Source: Chromera velia
Taxonomy: Eukaryota
Direction of reading: 5' to 3'
NCBI GenBank assembly: GCA_018398765.1
Contig: JAHBMJ010000478.1
Location: 1-46,983, forward strand
Length of the DNA stretch: 46,983 nucleotides
Translations under genes and position numbers: made by a program
In this document: positions 36,213 to 46,983 of the stretch, in pieces
How positions within the stretch are numbered: the stretch's first letter is position 1
How the letters are laid out: each line of letters starts with the position of its first letter
Notes under the pieces: model-generated
Database searches by the model: none
Seen by the model: the letters and a program-made list of their open reading frames with translations, nothing else
What the model was told of the DNA's origin: nothing

Positions 36213-38991
36213 ATGGGTGCCGAAATTTCAGCTCCTGATCCTCAGCCTGGACCTCAGGTGTTCGTCCAACGTGACCAGATGAAGGTCACCCGCCGCAGAG
36301 TGTTCGTCAACCTGGCTATGGACATGTCCGGCTCCATCGACGAGGGCCAGCGTCTGCCAGTGATCAAGAGCGGCGCCAGGAGGGTGCTTAGAGCCCTTAA
36401 AGACCGTGACTGCATCTCCATCAAGACTTTCAGTGGAGACATTCAAGACGTCTCTGGAGGGCAGGTTGTCCTCGAGCCCCTTTCCAGAGTTGTCCTCGAC
36501 GCCGCCCTCCAGAGCCTCTCTGTCAGGTGGACTGGCACAGCGCTCTACGACACACTCTGTCTGCAGATCAACGAGGTCCTCGCTCTTGCCGCCAAAATGA
36601 AAGTGCTGGGGGGAGCCCTGAACCATGACTTCGGCAGTGCCCGCGGGTTCTTCTCACTGACGGTGAGGACAACAGGTCATCCATGACCCTCAACGAGACC
36701 TGCGACCTCCTCAAAAAGATGGCCACAGAGCTCCCTTCAGGCACCGTGAAGGTCATGCTGATCGGTGTGGAGCTGGATCACCCGGGGCGACGCGCAATGG
36801 AGGCCCTCAAACGCGCAGGGGGGGACATGGTGACATTCAAAGACGCACGCAACCTGCAGGAGGTCCGTCTTGTGTGCAGATAGCGAAGGGTTTTTATTCA
36901 GCTGGTGGGGTATCTCTTCATGTCCTTCTGACCATTGCTTTTTGTGATGTACGTCAACGTGTGCCTGTCTGTGCCTGCCTCTGCGTCCGTCGGATTTCTG
37001 AATTCCCTTTCTCTTCAACTCAGTTCAGGGCGGAAAAACAAACCCGTTAACATGCATAGAGCAATTTATTAACGCTCCCTCCTCTTCTGCCCTCTTGACT
37101 GCGCAGGTGGAAAGCTGCTTCACCGACATCGCCGTCTCGATCAAGCGCACAGTCATCCCCATGCCCGCACAGACCCCCTCTGACCCGTCAGAGATCCCAT
37201 TCGATCCTTCCGCACCCATTCAGGTAGGTCAGATAACTGGAAGGATTGCTGTTGAGTTTTATGAAGAGAAGTTTTGGAGAGACTCGGGTTCATGGTGTGG
37301 TTCGTTTGATGACGTCCCCTAGCGGTGGCCTACATGGACTCTTCTTTCATCTTTTCTCGATCCTTGCTCTCACATCGCGCGGTGCCAGCCAGTCGGTGCT
37401 CCCATCCTTTTTACACCTGTCTGTCTATCTGTCTGTCTATTTGCCAGGCTAGTACCGGTCATTTTCTTTCTTCACGAGTGTGTCCTCTCTCTTCGATCTC
37501 TCTGTGCTTGCAGAAAAAATCCCGAGTGCGCTATGAGGGCACTGCCTCGCTCGCAGGCGGCAGAGTGTCCTACGGAGATATCGGAGTTGTCCAGAAACGA
37601 TTCGCAAACAACAAGTTCCAGTGCGTCTGTGTCTCTCTCTCTCAGTTTGCAGTTTAAATTTCTCTCCTTTCCTGTTCTTCTCCTTCCCGATCTCTTTCCC
37701 ACGCTTGTCATTTTACATACAGTAGTCAAAGGTTTCGGTCTTGTTGCGTGTGTCTGATTCCACCGGTTTCTGGACTTGTGACGGTCTGTCTGGCAGTTGC
37801 TCTCTGGATGACGTTTTGCTTGTCCCCATTGACCCGGGCCAATCCCTTTTGGGGGGTTTTATCCCGATTCCCGACTCACTCACGCATTCGCCCCCCCGGA
37901 CCCCCTTCTGGAGTCTTGCTTCTTCACCGTCACACGATCTGCATGATTCATATACTATCCGTCTCTACATTTCCCCCCTCTCTTCATCTGCATCCCTTCC
38001 TGCCTGCAGAGTGACCTTCTGTGGCCGCACAGGCGTTCCTACCTGCCACCTCAACATCGCAGCCAGCGACCTGGCACCTGACGCAGACGCTGAGAAGGTG
38101 CGCACTGGTTCTCTCGTGCGCGTGAAGAAGAGCAGAGTCGCAACTCCCTCTTTCGGTGTGGGTGCCTACAGAGAGGGTATGGTGGGTTATGTGGTAAGAC
38201 AGGATGAGAACGACGGAGAGTCCCTCTGCGAGTTCGGCCTTGGGAAGCTCTGGAAGGGAACCCTGACTGACCTCGAGCTTGTAGAGCCCGACACCAACAC
38301 CTCCAGACCCCTCCAAGTCGGCGATGCTGTGCAGGCCATCAATGCTTCTTTTGGATGCGGTCCTGTGAACATGTACGATCTCGGATACATCTGTGAGAGG
38401 AAACTGGACGGAAACCTGCGGGCTAACTTCCCCGGAAAAAACAAGTGGACTGGCCGCCCTACAGATTTTGTTCTCGACACAGTCGCAACCCAAATCGGAC
38501 CTCAGACACGCGTCCGCATTCGCAACGGGGTGAAGAACCTTCCTGGCGGTCCCCCTCGAGGCAGCGTCGGAGTCGTGAAGAATATCATGTACGACGCTTC
38601 GAAGGTGACCGTTGACTATGGCGGTCGTGAGTTCACCTGCCGTCTCGCCGACCTGGAGCCTGTCGGGGGAACCAACCAGGCCACTCCGACCAACACACCT
38701 AGAACGACTCCTCCCAGCTCTCGTCCTCAATCCTCCACCCCTCCTACCCCCCGGGCCTCACGTGAGGCTTCCGCCTCTTCCTCTTCTTCCCCTTTCTCAG
38801 TCGGGGATATCGTCGAGACCCACGGCACTTCGAAGGCGATTTACAACAACCGCACAGGAAGAATTGAGGGTAAGGACACCTCCTCTGGCCGTTTCCTCGT
38901 TGTCTTCATTGACGACAAATCCACCCTCCCCCCCAGAGGACTGTTCAATGCCGAGAACCTGAAGCGTGTGGAGGCCGACATCGTCGACTGA
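36213..38991 (+). CDS. Spliced gene: MGxxxS N-terminus, vWA domain, KEG/Mind-bomb-type SH3-like repeats and a C-terminal SH3/KOW-like domain
   Basis: Exons 36213-36862 (with a frame break at ~36576-36646), 37107-37223, 37514-37620 and 38010-38991 join in phase through GT-AG introns. MIDAS motifs DMSGS, GTALYD and VLLTDGEDN are present. Repeats look like VRTGSLVRVKKS..TPSFG...MVGYV...DLELV. Confidence 0.85.
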
Positions 38992-41266
38992 TTTGATTCA
39001 ATCGAACGGGACATGCATAAAGGACGGATGTCTGTGGACTCGCTGCTTGCCCATGGGCCTCTATCTCCCTAGTCCTTCGATCATTCAAGCGCATCCGATT
39101 CGCCATGGATCAGTCTGGTGAACACAAGCAGAAGGAGTATGATGTATGAATCGATAATAGATGAGATAGATAGATGAATAGACCGGCAGGCAAGTGGATG
39201 ATTCGATTTCGATTGCCAGAAAGAATTAAGGGAATGATGACAGAAAGAAGAAGAAGAAGCATCAACCGAATCTTCTCGTCTTCCCTTCTCTTCCCTTCAA
39301 TGTCCTCTCCCAAGTTCAGGCATGCAGGACAGATCGTTTTTTCTGGTGCTCTTGGGTGTCCTTGTATGTGCATCACTGAGGCTGTCTTATCTTTGTCTGT
39401 TGTGCTAGAGGTGCGAAGAGAAAGAGAGGAAAAAACATGCACACTTACAACGGTTGCTGTAAGATCCGTTACTTCATCTGTTTGCCGGTTCATAGTAAGA
39501 CCTGCACACTTCTTTCACTGCCATTGCATGGGCTCTTTTCACCTCGGCTGTTTCTTGTGTTTTTTCTTGATCGGGAGTTTGTGTACAAACTTGTAGACCG
39601 GATGGGTCAATTAATGCGAGCGTGTATTCCTTAATTGTATTGCGCCGTTGAAAGAACAAAGACAGATCTGCATGGTTGCAGTGGAAGGTGTGTCAGGTTC
39701 AATGCCTATGCTGAAAGCGCTCTCGCCCAAGACGTTTAATTCTAAACATTGTGAATCTCACTCTTATAGTGCGTGGCACTTCAAGTTCTGTTTTCTTGGT
39801 TGTAAAGCAATCCTCTCTGGATATGATCCACTTTTTTACGCGCTATAATACTTGGAAAAGTCGTAATCTGAGGTCGTGAAAAACGTGATACAATTTACAG
39901 CCATAATGTAGTGAAACAAGGGCGTTAAAGGTCGTCAGCGAGATGTCGGTCGGTTGTATTCATGTTTGCATCCGTTTTTTCAATTGTGTGTGCCAGTGCA
40001 GTGTCAGTCGTTTAGTATCGTTTAGTCTAAAGTCTCTGAGAAGCTTAGAATTTGAAACGTCGTGCATAGTCAATATGAATTGAAAATATAATAATGTCAT
40101 AACATATATAATAATGCCATAATTTGACTTTGCATTGATTCAATCACATATGTATGATTTCAAGTTGATTATACCTACTACCTAGCCTGAGGAGATCATA
40201 TAAAAATATATATAGTGGTGGTGTACTAGGTGGTGTAGTGAATCTATATTAATGTGATTGTGTTATAATTAATCATTCCAGCCTAATTAATTTAAAGTTT
40301 TTTAAAAAAGCTGAGAGAATAAATTGAATAGATTCTATAGGGGAAGGCCTAGCGCGGATCCTGCTAGGCATGTCACAGCAAAAAAAAAAGAAAAAAAGTC
40401 TCTACAAAAACGAGTTATCCACTGGCATTTTTTTTTTCTTTTTTCTTCTTTTTTTTAAATCTGCAACACCTTGTAACACTTATGCAACACCCGTGCAACA
40501 GCTAAATAACAGCTAGAACAACAGTTGTTTTAGATAGAAAAAAAAGAAAAAAAAATTAAGTACCTAAGAAAGAGAGTTATTTACTTTTTTTTTTTCTCTG
40601 TGATACCCTTAGGGATTCCACGGAACCAACCATTAAACCAACCAATTAATGAACTCTTTATTTAATATAGTATTTAATCTGAGTCAACCAATCAATCATG
40701 GTTATCAACTTATCATGATAAAAACAAAAAAGAATTCAAAGGTCCAGACAGTAGCATTTATGCTTTTATGTTTAAAAATTACCTCTAGACTAAAATTTAG
40801 TACATATATTTATGTAAATATTTGTTTAGTATTCTATACAGGTAAAGTAACTAAAATTGCACTTTAACAATAAAGTAGATCATTCATTTGGACATATGTG
40901 CCAGCAGTCCATGTTGTAAACTGTGAAACCTAGCTTTGTGTGTATTTTTTTTGTATCATGGTTATGGATGAAGCATGCTTCAAGTACTTATGCAGTGTCC
41001 CGACCAGTACCAATAAGGGAGAGCGCAAAGGACAAACTGGCATTGAAACTGCACGCACACTTGCTGTGCCTGAATGATCATTTACTGAATGACTAATTGA
41101 TTGACTGAGCCCATTGCCGCGTCCCCATATCTGACGCACGCAAGCGCACGAAATTACGACAAATGACCCCCAAAAGTTCCTACAAAGAAATTTTTATGAG
41201 TCCCATCTGAATTAAGAGGACCTTCCATTGAGTGAGTGAGTGAGTTTGTTCGTTTGAAGGTCACGT

Positions 41267-41402
41267 GAAGGAAGGAAGGAAGGAAGGAAGGAAGGAAGGA
41301 AGGAAGGAAGGGAGGAAGGAAGGAGGGAGGGAGGGAGGGAGGGAGGGAGGGAAAGAAGAAAAGAAAGAAAGAAAGAAAAGAAAGAAAGAAAGAAAGAAAG
41401 AA
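41267..41402. repeat. (GAAG)n/(GGGA)n/(GAAA)n microsatellite
   Basis: Directly visible. Confidence 0.95.
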
Positions 41403-41886
41403 CCTTCTTAGACTCTCCTTCGATGCTTCCTCTCCGTTCCCCACCCCCTCCCTTCCCTTTCCTCTTCGACTCTCAATCAACAGCTAGACCCACAAATGCG
41501 TGCACGCAAAACAACAAGTACAAGTTGATGATTCACCATCTCCCTTCCCTCCTTTCAAGCCCGTCACACTCATTCATTTGAGAGGAGAGTTTCACATGCA
41601 GGCTCAAACAAACAAACAAACAACAAATGGTTGAGTCGGCAAAAGTCATGCGAAGTCTTATGGATCTAAACAGCGTCCTTTGATCCCCGCATGCGTCTAC
41701 CCGTCTGCGTATCTGTGCATCCGGCCTTGAGTCCTTCCTCCCATCTGGAATTAAGACGACGAAAACAGCACGTCTCAGATCTTTCTTTTCCCTTCCTCAC
41801 AGCCGTTCGTCTGGACCTACCAGCTCTTCATTTTTCCCTTGCCGTCGCTCTTCTCACTCTTCTTAGTTCGTGCACATTCATTCAAA

Positions 41887-43376
41887 TCAGAACGGCAGGC
41901 ACTTCTGGCAGTCAATGTCCGAAGGATCGCACTTGTTCAACGGACACCGGGGTTCAGGATCTGCAGGGCCACAACGAGTGTTCTGGGAAGCTGCCTGGTA
42001 GGGCCAAGACTCGACCTCCGGCCGAGCATCTCCGGTCTGACGAGCAGCAACCACCCATTGCCAGAGAGCAACAGGGCGACCGTCTGGAAGAGCGGTACAG
42101 GTAGTCTTGAACGCTTTCGATTCTGTTGATGTGACGGTGTCTGTGATCGAGCGAGTCACGGCCTCCTTGTAGCTGCCAGTCACCTCCGCACCCAAGAACT
42201 TGAAGGATTGCTTGATGCCCGCGGACCACTCCTGGAGTTGCGTTGTTGTAGAAGAACTAGTCTGGGTGACACTGACAGTGTAGGTAAACTCCAAGTTCCC
42301 CCCCTGGTGAGACCTGACCATGTTCCAGTAACCAGCCGTCTCCTCAAATTCAATCTTCTTGGGTCGGATCCGGGCTGGAGACGGTGTGTGAATCATCACA
42401 CGGCCTGCGTGGCAGTACGGGGCGCATTGCCCATCACTGATAGGCTGAAAGAAAGAGACCTCTTCGTCCAGGAGACTGGTGGAGTCCCTAGATAGAGGAC
42501 CAGCAACTTGAAGTGTCTGTGAAGAATCAACAGTTTGTGGAGACTCAGTCGGAGTGGCTGAGACGGACTCCCACTCGACCGGGGACTCCTTGGAAGTCGG
42601 GTAGACCAAGACCTGGGCGTCGTCTTTCAACGATCCCCACCGCGAGTAGTAAATGTTGAATGGCTCTCCGCTTCCCGAAGTCTTCATTTTCAAATACCCC
42701 TCGGGATGAGACAACATATCTTTGGCAGTGGCGATAAAGCAGAAGTCACTTCCATTGGGAACCTTCCCAAAAATGCTCTTCTGAACCCCCGGCTCTTCTC
42801 CGGCAGGAACTTCAACAGTCTTGCCGTTGTCCAATACGTAGAGCCTGCCCCACCTCTTCTCGAAGCTGTCGAGCTCGATTGCCTCCCCCATGTCATTCTT
42901 CATGGTGATGAACAGAGGGCGCAAGCAGCCTGTGAAGCCGTATTCCCGCTGGCACCAGTTTTGCAGAAACTCCTTCGACTGGAAGCACTTGCACCCGCCA
43001 ATAGAATTCACCTTCTCCTCGCCTGTGCAGCTCTGCTCACTCACACTTCCTGTGTCTGCAAGTCCTTCGGGGTCGAACATCTTGACAGCAGCCGACGCTG
43101 ACTCGGAGAAACCTGAAAAGAGCAGGCAGGTCGATCGAGGGTGATGAGCCCCGAGCTTGCAACGATACGTACATGCAGTGACGTGCAGACGGACATGTCA
43201 GAGCCTCACCCGACGGCCAAGCACAGTGAAGAACAAGGCCTGCACGTGAGTGAAGAAGTCCGCAGAGGAATCAACTGACCTCGAAGCCGTCGAACAGACA
43301 CTCCGCCGAGAGACGAAGAGATAGCCATCAGGCCGCAGAGAACCGGGAGCTTGTATCTGTTGGAAAGGATGGTCAT
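41887..43376 (-). CDS. Secreted protein (~440 aa) with C-terminal CEL-III-like beta-pore-forming domain
   Basis: Exon 1 (43376-43280: MTILSNRYKLPVLCGLMAISSSLGGVSVRRLR, donor GTCAGT) joins in phase 1 to exon 43112-41887 (acceptor TTTTCAG). An optional in-frame 30-nt exon sits at 43239-43210. The C-terminus has WNMV, Ser/Thr-rich strands, TTC, LWQW and a terminal C..P.C...C....C..C cluster. Confidence 0.8.
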
Positions 43377-43659
43377 AATGCTACGTGAGTGCAGAAATAT
43401 ATATATATACGAAGCTCTTTACTTGACAGATCAGGGAGAGCGAATCTGTCGATTGAAATATATAGGATTGCGTTGCTTGTATGCGTACGTAAAGAGAAAA
43501 ACACCAGAGCTGTGGGAGCTATTAAGAGTCTATCCGGACTTTATGGATCGATCGATGGAAGTGGAATTGACTGGTCAGAGATATATATATGGCACTTTCA
43601 CCTGTTGCAGTGTTGCTCAGAATAGCGTGCAGAGCTAGTCGATCTTCCAAAAGTCTTTC

Positions 43660-43870
43660 GATTAATTGCATGTCTTTCTTCCTCGCGCCGCGCGGGCCCC
43701 GGAAAGCCAACATGCGCATATTATGCATGCACGTACGTACAAGATTGAACGCGCCGCGGCCGGAACGCCGCGGCGCGCGAATTGCGCGCTTGACGGCGCG
43801 CTGGGGAGATGCGGGCGGGCCGAAAAGCTTGCCTGGTCATGGCCGGCCAGAGGATATCGTGGCCGGTCGA
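43660..43870. promoter_or_regulatory. CpG/palindrome-rich promoter patch with TGCATGCA (43724-43731)
   Basis: Dense CGCG, CCGCGG, GGGCCC, CGTACG and GCGCGAATTGCGCGC motifs ~300-500 bp upstream of the minus-strand ATG at 43376. Confidence 0.6.
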
Positions 43871-44259
43871 TCATGAATAGAAGTAGCAGCTGCATTGAGG
43901 TGCATAGATCGAGGCCCTGTGGTGTTCCAAAGGAGCATGCCATTACATGACTTGGCCTTCTAGAATTCCTTCTCATTTTAATTAATTTTTAAAGTGAGAA
44001 ATTGATATAGCGGAAATCTTTTAAAACAATCAATCATGCAATCAATGATCAATCAATCAATCAATCAATTATAATCAATTATAATCAATGCATCAATTAA
44101 TTATACAGTCATCACATATTGTAAATAATGAACTACTATCTTCAATCTTATCAATTACAATCAATCAAATCTTGTCTTATCTTATTCAATTTGGTAGTAA
44201 GCGTATACCAGTAAACCAAAATAATTCAACATCAATCAATAAATTAATTGATTTTTGTC

Positions 44260-45624
44260 AGTAGCCTTAGTTATGCCGATGACCTTGTCCTCGTTACTGA
44301 GAACGTGCATGACCTGGCAGTGCAGGTCAGCTTGAATGAATTGAATTCTTTGTGTGAAGAGAGGGGGCTCACTGTTAATTTAAAAAAGATGAAAATCATG
44401 CGTCTGTCCGACTCTTACCCTGCAATTGAAGGCAGGCTTATGTTTGGGAGAAAAGAAGTCAAGAGAGTGGGGTTGTATAAATATCTGGGTGTTCTTTTAT
44501 TCGAAGGGGGAGACTTAAGGGAGGTAATAGAAGAGAGGCTTAGCATAGCGAGTAGACGGATGGGTTATGCAAAGAGCGTGGTACTCTCTTTAGGTTGCCT
44601 ACCCCCCGCAGCAAAAATTTTATATTTATGCGCTTTTTGGTTGCCTGTTGCTCTATACGTGTTTGACTGTCTGCCTGTCCGCAAGTCAGACATGGATACA
44701 TTAGATGTCTTTCAATTGCGCTTTGTCCGTTGGGCTTTGAATCTGTCTCTCTCCTCTTTCTATATACCTACTCTATGTGCTGTCGGTCTACTCCCTGCAC
44801 ATGTGCACGTATCGATGAGACTTGCTGGGTATTTGACTAACTTAAAACATATTGACCTCAAGATGCCCGCGGGTGCCTGGTCGGCTTTAATGAATGGTGA
44901 TTGTCCTTCCTCTATGATGCACGCACAAAAATTGATTGGGTCGACCGGATTGGAAGAATTTGTGACTGTCAATCCAACCATCAGAAGAAGAAAGAAAGCC
45001 ACCAAGGTTGGCCGTCTCCTTCTCTTAAGAGCAGTGATCAACTGGGAAGTTGATGAATAGATTGATAGTTGTTTAGAAAGGGCCGCTTCATGGAGGGCGG
45101 TTTTGCAGTTTGGCAGAGGCGTCAGACCGAATATGTTCTAAACGTCTTATCCTACTGCCCAACGTTCGTCTCTCCTCTTCCTTTCCTCTACTTTTCTTTC
45201 ATTCCCTTCGTCCCCCCGTTTTGTTTCCCTCCCTCGCACTGCGATCTGGTCTTCAGGCCCTTTTTCAGCCTTGCTATATATATTGCTCGGTGGTCGCCTC
45301 CATGCACTGTACAGAGGGCTGGAAAACGTGGTTTGCCCTGCATGCAGGGGCAAAACAGACGATCTGCTGCACCGAGTGACTGAATGCACAGAAACAAGAG
45401 CAGATCGAGAGGCTCTGAATGCAATTGTAACCGAAATTGAAGCCAAATTAGACAGAGCCCAAGAAAGAGAGAGAAAGTGGTTGCTATCGAAAGACTCTAC
45501 CCCTCTAAAACACGCCACGCAAAACGAATTGTTCGCACGAATGAAGGTCACCCTGGCACTCAGATACTCACCCATACCGGCCCTGCGACTCTTGCGAAAC
45601 ATCTGTCTGCACCCTCTATCGTAA
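44260..45624 (+). mobile_element. 5'-truncated LINE (RT C-terminal half to CCHC), related to the 16.9-26.8 kb element
   Basis: SYADDLVL, GLTVNLKKMKIM, YKYLG, WLPVALY, QLRFVRW, GVRP, CPAC...DDLLHRVTEC in one frame, with stops at 45058 and ~45138. Preceded by a degenerate (TCAA)n tract. Confidence 0.92.
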
Positions 45625-46469
45625 GGCCTGCGATTCGATACATATGATGGTTACTTACCTCTCTTTCCGTCTCACCTTTTGAATATTCTTTTTTTATCTC
45701 CCAAGTACATCTCCCATCCCCCTTCTCTACCGGTCTTCCTGTCTGCCTCTACTGCCTGAGAGTCTCTGTTGCAGTCGTCGCACTCCTCTCATAGAAGGGA
45801 AATGACATCAGTGATTGAGAAAGCATCTTCTAGATGCAGGGTGTTTACAGTTGCGAGAATGAAGCCCCCTCCCGTTGTATGATGCAGGTCTGGCAAAGGG
45901 GCAATAAAGCATTGTCCTAGACTCATGCATTGTATGATGGCCTATAGACCGATTAATAATAATAACTGATATCATCATGATAATGATTAGGGCTAGACCC
46001 GAGGCCTTCTGTGTGATATACTGTAAATCAATTATAAAAACAGGTCAAAAAAATTTTAAATCATCTAAATTAATTAGGTATAGTATTTATTCAAAATTGA
46101 AGATATTTTCTAAATAAAAAATGATGTAGTTAGAGATTTAAAATCTTAGTCACATTGCGTAGGTGTGTGTTTGATTTAGCTAATTTAATTAATAAGCTTT
46201 TAACTAACTTAAGACTTTTGAAACCACAGCATGTTCAGGCCGTATCAAAGCTGCAGTACTCAGGCTAGGCCAGTGGCTTTCCGTGTTATGCCATTCGATG
46301 AAGTCGATCCATTAGAAAACATAAAGGCGAGAATCAGGCTATAATGAAAAATATGAAACAAAAGGGATCGACCGAGTGTTACAGAGATGAAGGGCCAGCC
46401 CAGGTTGGGAGAGAGATAGCAGAGACACAAAAAGGTCAAGAACAGAGGGAGCCGAACTGAGAAAACCAC

Positions 46470-46773
<304 letters not shown>

Positions 46774-46983
46774 ACTGACTGTACTGACAATTGAAACCTT
46801 TGTACTGGAAAGTGACTTTAAAAAATTTAGTTTTTAAAACATTAAAATAGATAGTTTAACTTTTAAACTAATTGATTTTCATAATTTATTTAAGACTATT
46901 TAAGCTTAGTAAGATGTTTAAAAAATAAAATAAAAAAATGTATATATAGAGTATATATTTTTTCAAAACCATAAATTATCTGG

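Noticed and set aside
40340..40630. Possible MITE (GCCTAGC..GCTAGGC hairpin; TCACAG-polyA / polyT-CTGTGA)
   Set aside because: The inverted match is short and mostly homopolymer, and no TSD is identifiable.

Overview
Repeat-rich eukaryotic nuclear DNA with spliceosomal GT-AG introns, long microsatellites and two N positions. TGCATGCA-containing CpG-rich promoters and the gene style suggest an alveolate such as a chromerid, but this is inference only. Bases 1-31 kb are almost all mobile DNA. They hold a truncated Ty3/Gypsy element, a 69/70-bp satellite with a higher-order repeat, a 7.65-kb interval bounded by terminal inverted repeats (TIRs), and a cluster of 30-bp palindromes. They also hold a ~9.9-kb APE-type LINE that appears to have one giant reading frame with PH-like, UBA-like, Cys4 and chromodomain-like modules, plus a small hAT-like TIR pair enclosing inverted LINE fragments. 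Bases 31-47 kb carry three convincing host genes: an ankyrin-repeat protein, an N-myristoylated vWA + KEG-type SH3-repeat protein, and a secreted protein ending in a CEL-III-like pore-forming domain. A second LINE fragment follows them. The strongest window-wide signal is that repeats diverge almost only by C>T/G>A transitions, and the TE stop codons examined are each one such change from a sense codon, which resembles RIP-like hypermutation. All alignments and domain calls were made by eye; no searches were run.
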